NCBI GenBank assembly: GCA_050950145.1
Contig: JBMNHB010000001.1
Coordinates: forward strand, 364,820 to 428,819
From: Candidatus Dojkabacteria bacterium
Lineage (GTDB): Bacteria > Patescibacteriota > Dojkabacteria > SC72
DNA: 64,000 nt
Direction: 5' to 3'
Below are positions 38,113 to 48,129 of the stretch, piece after piece (the first letter of the stretch is position 1; every line of letters begins with the position of its first letter). The position numbers were made by a program, and so were the translations under genes. A model generated the notes under the pieces. The model saw nothing but the letters and a program-made list of their open reading frames with translations. It was not told the DNA's origin and made no database searches.

Positions 38113-38351
38113 TTTTGATATTGATCTATTTGAAATTTCTTTTCATTACTAATTGTTTCTTCTTCTGACTTCAGTTTTACTATGTCATCTGAAATATCAC
38201 TTAATTTATTAGAAGATTTATTTACCTCATCTTGTAAAGCAATATACCTATTATTAACCTCAGAATAACGGGTATATTCAAAGTACAGGAGAGCAAAACT
38301 TATAACCAGAGAGATGAAGAAAATAAAAAGATATATAACTGTTTTTTTCAT
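38070..38351 (-). CDS. Small membrane-anchored coiled-coil protein
   Basis: N-terminal TM followed by heptad-rich segment; overlaps deacetylase start. Confidence 0.7.
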   Translation of the reverse strand: MKKTVIYLFIFFISLVISFALLYFEYTRYSEVNNRYIALQDEVNKSSNKLSDISDDIVKLKSEEETISNEKKFQIDQYQKWLRQNQILKDLIK

Positions 38352-38489
38352 AAACACAAAACTACTTATTATTCAGTATATATAATATTACAGAATTTGT
38401 ATACTATGGTTATTTAAATGAAAAGATAAAAATGGCAGGTACCTTCTTATTAAAGATTAAGATACCTACCAATTAGGTTGAGGTTAACA

Positions 38490-38816
38490 TTAATGTAAGT
38501 GTTTATAACATACATCATCAATACAGAAGATGTAATATCCCTTACACCTTTTTTCTATCACATCTTCCCAATCCCCTGTAACCTCATTGTAAACTTCTTC
38601 AGATACCACATATATTAAATTTTTTACATCTGAAGGAAGTTCTACAATTGCATTTTCTGTAGGAAGTCCTACAACCTTTCCTTCTAGAATTTCTGCGATA
38701 TGGCCGGATTTGGGGATCAAACTGTCATCACCGGTCAAATTTATATAGAAAAAGTTAAAACTTCCTTTTATACCAAGATACTCCTTCCCATCAATAGAAG
38801 CAATACCCTTCTTCAT
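38490..38816 (-). CDS. Orphan hypothetical protein
   Basis: 108-aa ORF with TGGTATAAT promoter and SD GGAGG. Confidence 0.7.
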   Translation of the reverse strand: MKKGIASIDGKEYLGIKGSFNFFYINLTGDDSLIPKSGHIAEILEGKVVGLPTENAIVELPSDVKNLIYVVSEEVYNEVTGDWEDVIEKRCKGYYIFCIDDVCYKHLH

Positions 38817-38950
38817 CTTTATATACCTCCATTTTAAAAGATCTCAACCTATAGCATTATACCATCCCCTTTTACTATTTTCTACTTAATTTCGTTAATA
38901 TAAAATATAAATAAAAGTACAATAGACAGATTAACCACCATTTATCATCT

Positions 38951-39127
38951 ATGAGTGATGAAGCAAGTGAGAACTGGGCTGAAGGGATGAGAGGGTATAA
39001 AACAGTAACTTCACCAAGTACAGATCAAACATATGATGTTCCTCTTAACTCTTGGAGTTCATATGGACCTGAAGGACCAGGATACTACAGAGAATTACCA
39101 AATAATTCATTGGAGAAATTACAATAA
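38951..39127 (+). pseudogene. 58-codon paralogous copy of the C-terminus of the downstream gene
   Basis: MSDEASENWAEGMRGYKTVTSPSTDQTYDVPLNSWSSYGPEGPGYYRELPNNSLEKLQ aligns without gaps to the last ~55 aa of 39247-40683. Confidence 0.8.
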
Positions 39128-39246
39128 TTAAATACATAGTCTACCTAAAGATAATCCTAAGATAACAAGAGAATTTAATAGACTTTACATCATTAAAATA
39201 TCTGCTATTATTTATCTAAGGACTTAATTTTACATATTTAAATAAT

Positions 39247-40683
39247 ATGAAAGAATGCCCTATTCCAGATTTCTTTACTAAACACAAGAAATCTATAATT
39301 ATTTCTATATTATTAATCCTCATAATTGCACTCTTAGGTGCTCTCTATCTAACAGGATCTTTAGAAACAATTCTAAAGGACTTAGGTATTGGTAGAGACG
39401 AGTATTATGCTGAGACTGTAGAAAACGACAACCCTAGTTGTTCGTTCAAGAGGATAGAGTATCCTGAGAACGCCTTTAGTATTGGTGTTCCAAATGGGTG
39501 GTACTATGCGGTTGAAAGCGGTACTGTCTCCATAATGGAAGATGAGACAAATACTACTGCAGTACTCATATATACTGCTAAATCACAGCCAGAATTAACC
39601 AAAGAGGATTTCCTAAATACATTCTCTAAAATCCTAAAAGAAACAGCTGAAGAAGGAGGAGGAACATTTGAGATGCAGGAAATTCAAGAGGTAGAAGAGT
39701 TAGAAGATGAGGTCTATGCAGATGTTGTAGCTCAAATTAACGAATATGATATTAAGGGGAAGATGCATGTTTCTAAAACAAAAGATTTTGTTACATTTAA
39801 AGTATATTGGGCACCAGCTGAGATATTTGAAGAAAGAGAAAGTTTCTTAAAGGAAATTTCTGGGTGTTTTGCAAGAACAAAAGCTCTTACAGATGATATT
39901 TTAACAGCAAAACCAAAAGAAGAAGTAGAGGAAGAGACTCCAGAAGGTTTTAAGAGATACAAAGGAAAATACTTCCAGCTAGATAAGGCTACCGGTTACA
40001 GCATTTCAGAAGAGAAAGAAGCTTTTATTCAGTTAATAGGACCTGATCAAAGAACATTACTTAGCTACATGTACACGACAGAATTAAAAGGTGACTATAC
40101 ACCTAAATTTTGGGCAGAAGAGACGTTTACAGAGGTTAAAGAAATAACAGATCTTACATTAACAGATGAAACAGTATTACATTCTCAAGTATTAGGGTAT
40201 AGTGTACAGGAGTTTAACCTTAGTGCTAAGATGCAAGGAATACCTATTCAGGGTAAAATAACTGTGGGAGTGTATCAACCTCCATACTCTGCTGGAGGGA
40301 CTAAATATGCATCAGCTTACGGATTTGGACAGATGACATTAGCTGAGAATTGGGATAATGTAAAAGATACCTTGCAGAAGATGCAAGATAGTTTTGATTT
40401 TGTTGATAGTAATATGATAAGGAAGAATACATTACTACCAATAGTTGAACCTACTGAGAATACAAGGGCTTCTATTACTGTTCAAAGTAGTGCTTATCCA
40501 AAAAGTTTAGTAACTGAATCTAGTGAGAAATGGGTAGAGGGTATGAGAGGATATGAGACATTATCTTCACCAAGTACAGGTCAAACATATCAAGTTCCTA
40601 TTAACTCATGGAGTTTATATGGACCAGAGGGATCAGGATATTACAGACTGTTAGAAGATGGTAAGTTTGAGAAGTTGCAGTAG
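39247..40683 (+). CDS. Membrane-anchored extracellular protein of unknown function
   Basis: Single N-terminal TM; FSIGVPNGW PsbP-like signature; 478 aa. Confidence 0.8.
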   Translation: MKECPIPDFFTKHKKSIIISILLILIIALLGALYLTGSLETILKDLGIGRDEYYAETVENDNPSCSFKRIEYPENAFSIGVPNGWYYAVESGTVSIMEDETNTTAVLIYTAKSQPELTKEDFLNTFSKILKETAEEGGGTFEMQEIQEVEELEDEVYADVVAQINEYDIKGKMHVSKTKDFVTFKVYWAPAEIFEERESFLKEISGCFARTKALTDDILTAKPKEEVEEETPEGFKRYKGKYFQLDKATGYSISEEKEAFIQLIGPDQRTLLSYMYTTELKGDYTPKFWAEETFTEVKEITDLTLTDETVLHSQVLGYSVQEFNLSAKMQGIPIQGKITVGVYQPPYSAGGTKYASAYGFGQMTLAENWDNVKDTLQKMQDSFDFVDSNMIRKNTLLPIVEPTENTRASITVQSSAYPKSLVTESSEKWVEGMRGYETLSSPSTGQTYQVPINSWSLYGPEGSGYYRLLEDGKFEKLQ

Positions 40684-40754
40684 GTAGGGGAAACTACTTA
40701 AATGGCAGGGGATTTAGAGTTCATCGCAATGCTAATACTATAAGTACATGCTTG

Positions 40755-41888
40755 CTATCGAATTATGTGCTTAATTATACTTTTAGCAATAGCATTAGCA
40801 AAAAGAGGTGGAACTGCTTCTCCTATTTGCAAATTCTTAGAACTTTTAGAACCATAAAATAAATAACTGTCTGGAAAACTCTGTAACCTTGCTCCTTCCC
40901 TAGTACTTAAAGGCCTTGAGTCTATTGGGTGAATACATCTTGCAGAAGAGGGTGTTCCTAAATTCCTCGTAATTGTAGTTGATGGTTTATCCCACCATAA
41001 TCTACAATAGGAATTACCAAATCCCGATTTAGGTCTTAATTCTTCTGGGAGATCCTTCGGACTTCCTCCCTCGGGCATCATTTCCATAATTTCTATCAAC
41101 CATTCACTATTCCTAGGAGAAGAGTGCTCCGTCAATTCTCCTTGCATGTTTTTTCTCATTAGTTTTTGGAAATCATTCTGTGGTGGGGTTGCATATTGAT
41201 TCTTTTTATCGTTGTTTGACAAAGAAGGCAAATCACTTATTGCTTCTCCAAGAGTTAAATACGGTTTTAAATTAGAAGAAAAAAGATTTGACCCTATTTC
41301 TGGATTATAATGGGTTGGATTGGGAAATAAATATTCCTTTTTTAACTTTGTCCCAACTACAATAACCCTTTCTCTCTGTTGTGGAACTCCAAAATCTGCA
41401 GAATTTAGCAACTTAGCATATACATTGAATCCTAGAAATTGAAATTCTTTTATAATTCTTTTAAACAACTCTCCTTTTTGCATCGAAAGTAAACCTTTAA
41501 CATTTTCAAAAACAAATATTTTAGGATTTAATTCTCTTAGCATTCGTATATATTCTTGAAAAAGTAAAGCTCTAGGATCGGACATTAGTCTTTTACCAGC
41601 TGTAGAATATGCTTGACAAGGTGGACCTCCAATAACTATATCGATATCTTCAATACTACTATCTATTTCTTTTTCGATATCTTCTTTCGTAAGTTCACAA
41701 ATATCTTTAATAATAACTTTTGTTTCAGGATGATTAAGTTTATAAGAAGTACCTGCATCTTTTAATATTTCATTTGCTCCGATAATATTAAATCTTTTAG
41801 TCAACAAGAAACCATAACTTAAACCTCCAGCACCGGCAAACAAATCAAAAGCATTGTATTTTTTAGAAAAAGAACTTTTTCTATTCAT
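40755..41888 (-). CDS. DNA (cytosine-5) methyltransferase
   Basis: DLFAGAGG, GGPPCQ, ENV, QQRER, REGARLQSFP, QIGEAVPP. Confidence 0.96.
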   Translation of the reverse strand: MNRKSSFSKKYNAFDLFAGAGGLSYGFLLTKRFNIIGANEILKDAGTSYKLNHPETKVIIKDICELTKEDIEKEIDSSIEDIDIVIGGPPCQAYSTAGKRLMSDPRALLFQEYIRMLRELNPKIFVFENVKGLLSMQKGELFKRIIKEFQFLGFNVYAKLLNSADFGVPQQRERVIVVGTKLKKEYLFPNPTHYNPEIGSNLFSSNLKPYLTLGEAISDLPSLSNNDKKNQYATPPQNDFQKLMRKNMQGELTEHSSPRNSEWLIEIMEMMPEGGSPKDLPEELRPKSGFGNSYCRLWWDKPSTTITRNLGTPSSARCIHPIDSRPLSTREGARLQSFPDSYLFYGSKSSKNLQIGEAVPPLFANAIAKSIIKHIIR

Positions 41889-42687
41889 GTCCTTTGAGTA
41901 TTAACATAATATCTTTATACTGCATTGGTTTCTCAAGTAACTTCCACAAAAAATAGTTTTGATCAATATTGAAAACTGTTTGTCCCTCCATTTGTTGCCT
42001 TGTTATCCAATTTACATTGTCATCAGCAATTTCATCCAATGGTATAAATGCAACCTGTCCATTATAAATATCAAAATGAATAGCCAAAGTTTGTTTCTTC
42101 TTAGTTTTTTTAATTCTTTTTGCTTCAAGAACCTTGTGCTGCTTAATATCATTGATTCCTGTGAACCCAGATTGTATCTCCAATCTTATTTTTCCTCCGT
42201 AAAGTGTTTTAACCTCTAAATCAGCCTTCGGTGTTCTTTTAAAAGTCTCAGGATTTCTTAAATCATCATCTCCTATAAACTCTATTTGATCTAACTCAAC
42301 ACTAAATATTTCTTCTAACGCTTCAAGGAAATATTGAGATATTACATATCCTCTCATCCATGAGAAGTAAACTTGCTCAGGTCTTCTTCCCTGATTATTC
42401 AGGTTTTCTATCATATTATTTGCCTTTAAGATTAAATATGGTTTTGATATATATTCCTCTATAAAAGCATTAATGTTCTTTTGGGATATAGATTTGTCTA
42501 CAACAGAGTTTAGTTTCATTAGTATGTCCTTAAGTCTTATATTTAATTCCTCTATATACTTCCAATCAATATTTGGAGAAATGTCCTTCCCTGTAAGAAA
42601 ACTCTTTGCTGAATCTTGAGAAGAAAACCCCAATTCGGATCTGTATTCTCTAAAATAATTGGCATCTATCATTGGAAATCCTGACAT
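41881..42687 (-). CDS. Putative type II restriction endonuclease
   Basis: Overlaps C5-MTase start; PD-(D/E)xK-like KADL...LEIQ core. Confidence 0.75.
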   Translation of the reverse strand: MSGFPMIDANYFREYRSELGFSSQDSAKSFLTGKDISPNIDWKYIEELNIRLKDILMKLNSVVDKSISQKNINAFIEEYISKPYLILKANNMIENLNNQGRRPEQVYFSWMRGYVISQYFLEALEEIFSVELDQIEFIGDDDLRNPETFKRTPKADLEVKTLYGGKIRLEIQSGFTGINDIKQHKVLEAKRIKKTKKKQTLAIHFDIYNGQVAFIPLDEIADDNVNWITRQQMEGQTVFNIDQNYFLWKLLEKPMQYKDIMLILKGHE

Positions 42688-42812
42688 TTTAAATTTAAAT
42701 TCAATTTATCATTCTTTCTATTTTACATTATATAAGGAATTAATTCACATTACTTGTAGTATTTTAGGACATATTTACACCCACACTTTCATATGATATC
42801 TTTAAATGACAT

Positions 42813-44048
42813 ATGTGTGATACACTATGGACTAAACAAAACCAATACTCTGTATTACTTAAAAACAGTGACAGATCTGTAAATGAACCCAATCTAGTAC
42901 TCTTCTTTCCATCAGGTAATGCTAGAGGAGAGGTAGAATGTACATACATATCCATACCTGATCCCAAAGAACACTACGCTATACTCCTTGTAAAACCATC
43001 ATGGATATGGGGAGCCGAAATGGGAATAAATGAATATGGAGTAAGTATAGGGAATGAAGCAGTATTTACAAAATCTAAAAACAAAAAAACTCCATCCCTA
43101 ATAGGTATGGACTTCATAAGACTAGCTCTTGAAAGAACTAAAACAGCTAAACAAGCATCAGAAGAAATAATTAAATTACTCTTAGAATACGGACAAGGAG
43201 GAAACTGTACCTTTGATAGAACATTCTACTATGACAACTCATATATAATTGCAGATAAAGAGGAAGCATACATACTAGAAACAGCAGGGAAAGAATACTC
43301 CCTTAAAAAAGTAGAACAATGTGCAAACATCTCCAACAGACTATCACTAGATAACTTCGCACAAAAACACACAGAACCAATAATTACATTCTTCTCAGGA
43401 TCTAAAAGTAGAATGGATATGGGTACAGAAAACTTAAAGAAGATAAAAGAACATGACTTAGAACAATACTTCAATATTTTAAGACTACATACAACCACAC
43501 AAGAGAAAGCAATTAAAAATGGAACATCTACTAGCATATGTATGCATGTGGGAATATTAAAAGACCACTCAACTGGTAGTATGGTATCAATTGTAAATGA
43601 TAAAACCATAACAATATGGATAACGGGAAGTTCCTCACCCTGTCTATCAATCTTTAAACCTCTCTACTTTAACCCGACAGGAGAGTTTGTAGTACCACCA
43701 TGCTTTACAAACGAGCAAGAAAGTCTAGAATACTGGCTAAAAAGAGAAAAACTAAACAGATTAATATATACAAACAACATAGATCTAAATGAATGGATGC
43801 AAAAAGCAAAAACACTAGAGAAAGAATTTATAAAAGAAGACAGGAAACTAACCTCACAAAACGCATCTCATTCAGAACTAGTAGAATTCTCAAAAAGATG
43901 TAGTCAAAAAGAAGAAAATTTAGTAAATGAATATATTGATAAAATTAATGCATTTGATTACAAAAAACTACCTAGATATTGGTCTAAGAAATCAAAAGAT
44001 TTAGGAAAGAATGTATTTGAAAGAGAATTATGGAAAAGAAAAGGATAA
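42813..44048 (+). CDS. Peptidase C69/secernin-like Ntn hydrolase
   Basis: N-terminal MCDT nucleophile, KNSDR..NE, WGAEMGINEYGV.IGNE, CMH. Confidence 0.9.
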   Translation: MCDTLWTKQNQYSVLLKNSDRSVNEPNLVLFFPSGNARGEVECTYISIPDPKEHYAILLVKPSWIWGAEMGINEYGVSIGNEAVFTKSKNKKTPSLIGMDFIRLALERTKTAKQASEEIIKLLLEYGQGGNCTFDRTFYYDNSYIIADKEEAYILETAGKEYSLKKVEQCANISNRLSLDNFAQKHTEPIITFFSGSKSRMDMGTENLKKIKEHDLEQYFNILRLHTTTQEKAIKNGTSTSICMHVGILKDHSTGSMVSIVNDKTITIWITGSSSPCLSIFKPLYFNPTGEFVVPPCFTNEQESLEYWLKREKLNRLIYTNNIDLNEWMQKAKTLEKEFIKEDRKLTSQNASHSELVEFSKRCSQKEENLVNEYIDKINAFDYKKLPRYWSKKSKDLGKNVFERELWKRKG

Positions 44049-45166
44049 AGATTGTAATAGCTCCAGACTCATTCAAAGGAACAATGACCTCCCTTACAGC
44101 AGGTACAATCATTCAAGAAGAGATAGAGAAGGGTATACCTAATGTAGAAACTATTAGATTCTCAGTAGCAGATGGAGGAGAAGGAACAATAGATACCTTC
44201 TATGAAAATTTTAATGGAGAGTATGTAGAAGATATCTTCACCTCACCAAACTTTACTAAGAAACATTTTAAATATGTAAAGTTTAACAACAGTGCTGTTG
44301 TAGAAGCAGGACAATGTGCAGGATTTCTTTTTGCTAATCCTAAAAACCCTATGCATACTACTAGCTTAGGTATGGGAGAACAGATTAATCATGCAATATC
44401 AAAAGGTGTGAAGAAAATTTACATTGCACTAGGTGGAAGTGCTACCAATGATGCAGGTACAGGTCTACTCTCAGCTTTAGGAGTTAAGTTTTTTGATAAA
44501 GATAACAAAGAATTCATACCAATAGGTTCTACATTAAAAGATATTGTAAGGATTGATAATACCTTACTAAAAGAAAAGATTAAGGATATTGAATTCACCC
44601 TCCTCTGTGATGTCCTTAACCCCCTCTATGGAGAAAACGGTGCTGCATACATATATGCTAAACAGAAAGGTGCAAGTGATAATGAAGTTGTACTTCTTGA
44701 TGAAGGATTGCAACACTTCTCTAATATTGTAAAAGAACAATTTGGTGTTGATTTATCAATAAAAGAAGGTGGAGGTGCTGCTGGTGGAATAGGTGCATCA
44801 TGTTCATTCTTTCTTAATGCAGAGATTGTACATGGTATAGACCTAATCTTAGATATCTGTAATTTTGATAATGCTATAGAAAATGCTGATTTAGTAATAA
44901 CAGGGGAGGGGAAATTTGATAGAAAATCTATGATGGGAAAAACAATTAGTGGTATTGTAAAAAGAACTGTTAAAAAGAATATTCCACTTGTTATCTTTGC
45001 TGGTAGAAATGAATTAGATGATGAGGAATTAAAGAAAAAATATTTAATACAAGATATATATGAAGTAGCTTCTCCTAATCAAACATTTGAAGAAATCAAA
45101 AAGAATTGTAAAGAAGATTTAAGAAGAAAAGTAAGAGATTTTTTAGATAGATATGATAAAGTCTAA
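44030..45166 (+). CDS. Glycerate kinase
   Basis: IAPDSFKG, ADGGEGT, GGSATND, GAAGG, ITGEG..D..S.MGK. Confidence 0.95.
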   Translation: MEKKRIKIVIAPDSFKGTMTSLTAGTIIQEEIEKGIPNVETIRFSVADGGEGTIDTFYENFNGEYVEDIFTSPNFTKKHFKYVKFNNSAVVEAGQCAGFLFANPKNPMHTTSLGMGEQINHAISKGVKKIYIALGGSATNDAGTGLLSALGVKFFDKDNKEFIPIGSTLKDIVRIDNTLLKEKIKDIEFTLLCDVLNPLYGENGAAYIYAKQKGASDNEVVLLDEGLQHFSNIVKEQFGVDLSIKEGGGAAGGIGASCSFFLNAEIVHGIDLILDICNFDNAIENADLVITGEGKFDRKSMMGKTISGIVKRTVKKNIPLVIFAGRNELDDEELKKKYLIQDIYEVASPNQTFEEIKKNCKEDLRRKVRDFLDRYDKV

Positions 45167-45241
45167 ATAATATTTGCTTAAAGAGAATACACATTTGATG
45201 AAAAAATCATCAATTGGTCGCGTGTATTCTCTTCTAGCACC

Positions 45242-45895
45242 TTAGTTTATTCTCCTAAGAAGGATAAATAACCTTTCAGAAGAGTATCTATTTCTTGGTT
45301 CAATACAAGTCACTAGGACAAAATCACTAGTATCTTGTATTAAGGGGAAAATGTTAAAAGACGAGATACTTCTGCTTTCATAATCAGCAACTAAAAAGTC
45401 TACAACTTGTAGACATTTTGAGTCACTGATACAAATCAGAGTATCTTGAAGAGAATTATTCAAGTATAGTTGTCTTAAAGCCTCTCCAAATTCATAATCC
45501 CACGGAAGACTTGTAAATCTACCCGAATGGGTATACAGAATTTGGCGATCCTGAACAACTATCCAAGAATTCTCATTATAGGATAATAGCCCTGTTACTT
45601 CCTGTACAGTGCAGTTAGTAGAGCATGTCAGAATTTGTAAATCTTTTAACATACTCTCTGCATTGATGGTTCCACCAGTATAAAATCCTTCCAATACCTC
45701 TATCGTAGGAATTGGAGTTACAGTTGGTAGAACTATAGGAGTTGGTTCTATGATAGGAACCTCAGTAGTAACAGTTGGAACATACACGTACACCTCAGTA
45801 GGAATAGAAAGAGAAATTACTTTCTCTTCCACTATACCTGTTGGTGTAGCTTCAATGGAAGGAATTCTTATATATAGTGTTAATATAACTAACAC
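45242..45895 (-). CDS. Divergent sortase-like transpeptidase
   Basis: N-terminal anchor, Pro/Thr linker, His (YTHSG), LVTC and downstream Arg (SERL) in sortase order; start codon uncertain. Confidence 0.65.
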   Translation of the reverse strand: MLVILTLYIRIPSIEATPTGIVEEKVISLSIPTEVYVYVPTVTTEVPIIEPTPIVLPTVTPIPTIEVLEGFYTGGTINAESMLKDLQILTCSTNCTVQEVTGLLSYNENSWIVVQDRQILYTHSGRFTSLPWDYEFGEALRQLYLNNSLQDTLICISDSKCLQVVDFLVADYESRSISSFNIFPLIQDTSDFVLVTCIEPRNRYSSERLFILLRRIN

Positions 45896-45914
45896 TATTA
45901 AGAAGAATATTATT

Positions 45915-46619
45915 CTAAACCCCTTTCCGTTTAGAACGAAAAAAGGTTAAAAGCGTACAACCTAATAGGAATAGTATACTACCACCAACAGTATAATACA
46001 GAACTGGATTACCATTACCTCCTGTTGGAGGAATGATAACATCAGGAGTAGGTTGTGGTTGTGTTGGCTCCGTCGGCGTAGGCGTAGGATCCACAGGTGG
46101 CTCCGTTGGTGTGGGCGTAGGATCCACAGGTGGCTCCGTTGGTGTAGGTGTAGGATCCACAGGTGGCTCCGTTGGTGTGGGCGTAGGATCCACAGGTGGC
46201 TCCGTTGGTGTAGGTGTAGGATCCACAGGTGGCTCCGTTGGCGTGGGCGTAGGATCCACAGGTGGCTCCGTCGGCGTAGGCGTAGGAGTTATAGAACAAT
46301 CCACATAAAAACTCGCATGACTTAAATCATGTGGACATGGATTTAATACTAGATGGAACACCCCCTCTACAGGAGGGTTCACCGGTACTGCCCCAGAACA
46401 ATACGTGGCAGCCTTATAACAATAGGCCGTCACGTAACAACCAGTGGGAATAGAAAAATCATAGGAACACCCACTTAGGTTGTCTACCTTATACCAATTA
46501 CCATCCTTAGGACAGGTCTCCTGTCCTTGAGGAATGTTCTTATCCACACTGGGCATTGAAAAGCCCAATGAGAAAATAAGAACTAATACAACAAATAGTA
46601 AAACTACTATTCTTTTCAT
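45915..46619 (-). CDS. Secreted Pro/Thr-repeat surface protein with LPxTG-like sorting signal
   Basis: Signal peptide, Cys-rich domain, PTPTPTEPPVD repeats, IPPTG + hydrophobic helix + RSKRK tail. Confidence 0.85.
   Translation of the reverse strand: MKRIVVLLFVVLVLIFSLGFSMPSVDKNIPQGQETCPKDGNWYKVDNLSGCSYDFSIPTGCYVTAYCYKAATYCSGAVPVNPPVEGVFHLVLNPCPHDLSHASFYVDCSITPTPTPTEPPVDPTPTPTEPPVDPTPTPTEPPVDPTPTPTEPPVDPTPTPTEPPVDPTPTPTEPPVDPTPTPTEPTQPQPTPDVIIPPTGGNGNPVLYYTVGGSILFLLGCTLLTFFRSKRKGV
46066..46287 (-). repeat. 33-bp coding tandem repeat (6 full units plus a partial)
   Basis: GGATCCACAGGTGGCTCCGT core recurs every 33 bp; encodes PTPTPTEPPVD; only synonymous variation. Confidence 0.95.
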
Positions 46620-46832
46620 TGTAACTCCTTTTAAGAGACAGAAATAGTATTCCCGAATAGACTTTTAAGGTGCTATGTTAAAATTTTAAAACGACTAAAT
46701 ATTTAGCGACCAAGCTCATATTCAATCAAAATTTCAACATGTTATTATATCATGAAATAAAGAAAAAAAAACATTGTTTTTATGCGATTTCTTCTAGCTC
46801 AATTTTATATAATAGTAGTGATATAATTGGGA

Positions 46833-48008
46833 ATGAAACCAAAGGTAATATTTATTACTCTTCTAATACTCTTTTTTCTCTCTCTTCTTTCTCTCATCGT
46901 ATCAATACAATATCAGAAAAGAAATATTCAAAAAGAAGAAACCACAATTGAAGAAATTATAGTTGAAGAGTCAGAACCTCCAGAACCACAAAAACCATAT
47001 GAAGAAATACTTCTTTCTCAAATGACACCAGAAGAAAAAGTAGGTCAGATATTTATGTTTGGGGTAGAGGGAAATACTACACTAACTCCACAAAACAAAC
47101 AATTTCTAATAGATTCTAAAGTAGGAGGAGTACTACTAATGTCTAGAAATATTACAAATGAAATACAACTAAAAACATTAATAGAGGAAATACAAACAAC
47201 TAACACTATTCCTTTGTTTATCTCAATAGATCAAGAGGGTGGGGTGGTATCTAGAATTAAATGGAATCCAACACTAATGATCTCCCAAGCATCAATAAAA
47301 TCACCAGAACAAGCATATACTGTTGCAAAGAACAAAGCAGAGATTCTTAAAAGTATAGGTATTAACATGAATTTAGCACCAGTTGTAGAGAATTCTTCTA
47401 ATGCTAATTCTTTTATCTACCAAAGAACATTTAGAGGTAGTATTGATGACATTGTAAACAAAAGTATAGCTACTGTAGATGGTTACGAAGAAGTAGGTGT
47501 AATTTCTGTGTTAAAACACTATCCAGGACACGGTACTACTCTAACAGACCCACACTACAAACTACCAAGAGTAAATATTACAAATGAACAGTGGGAGCAA
47601 TATACAGAAACATTTAGAAGAGTAATAGCAGAAGGTAAAACAGATGCTGTAATGATAGGACATATACTATTTCCAAATATTGATGCTAAACCAACTACAA
47701 TATCATCCGAAATTATTTCAAATAGGTTAATTAAAGGTTTAAATTATCAAGGTTTAATCATATCAGATGATATGGAAATGGATGCCCTAGTCCTATCAGG
47801 GAGTCCTACAGAGGTCGCTAAAGAAGCATTACTAGCAGGAATAGATATCTTAATATATAGTAAATACACACCTGATAATAGATATTCTCAAAATATTGTT
47901 TACAACTATATCCTCTCAGAAGTAAAGAATGGGAATATAGATATTGATCAAAAAGTATTAAAGATATTAAAGGTGAAGATAAAGTATGAAATACTACCTA
48001 TTAAATAA
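46833..48008 (+). CDS. GH3 beta-N-acetylhexosaminidase (NagZ-like), membrane-anchored
   Basis: IDQEGG.VSR, NLAPV, KHYPGHG....DPH, ISDDMEM. Confidence 0.9.
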   Translation: MKPKVIFITLLILFFLSLLSLIVSIQYQKRNIQKEETTIEEIIVEESEPPEPQKPYEEILLSQMTPEEKVGQIFMFGVEGNTTLTPQNKQFLIDSKVGGVLLMSRNITNEIQLKTLIEEIQTTNTIPLFISIDQEGGVVSRIKWNPTLMISQASIKSPEQAYTVAKNKAEILKSIGINMNLAPVVENSSNANSFIYQRTFRGSIDDIVNKSIATVDGYEEVGVISVLKHYPGHGTTLTDPHYKLPRVNITNEQWEQYTETFRRVIAEGKTDAVMIGHILFPNIDAKPTTISSEIISNRLIKGLNYQGLIISDDMEMDALVLSGSPTEVAKEALLAGIDILIYSKYTPDNRYSQNIVYNYILSEVKNGNIDIDQKVLKILKVKIKYEILPIK

Positions 48009-48129
48009 TTCTACGAAGCAAAATAATAGGTCATAGTAAGTAATATAAAAAGAGAATTGGTTATTGTATTAACACCCTTTTTATAAATATAATTTATTTC
48101 CTTATCCTTTAGTGTATTATGCTTGACAT

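Noticed and set aside
34755-38816. Paralogy between orphans 34755-35123 and 38490-38816 (KEYIGL / KEYLGI)
   Set aside because: Similarity limited to a few residues; not significant without alignment statistics.
38951-40683. DGR template/variable repeat pair
   Set aside because: Mismatches between the two copies are not adenine-specific, many are synonymous, and there is no reverse transcriptase in the window.
46066-46287. CRISPR array, and alternative-frame ORFs 46033-46308, 46042-46299, 46053-46325
   Set aside because: Contiguous 33-bp units with no unique spacers encode the Pro/Thr linker; the other frames are shadows of the repeat.
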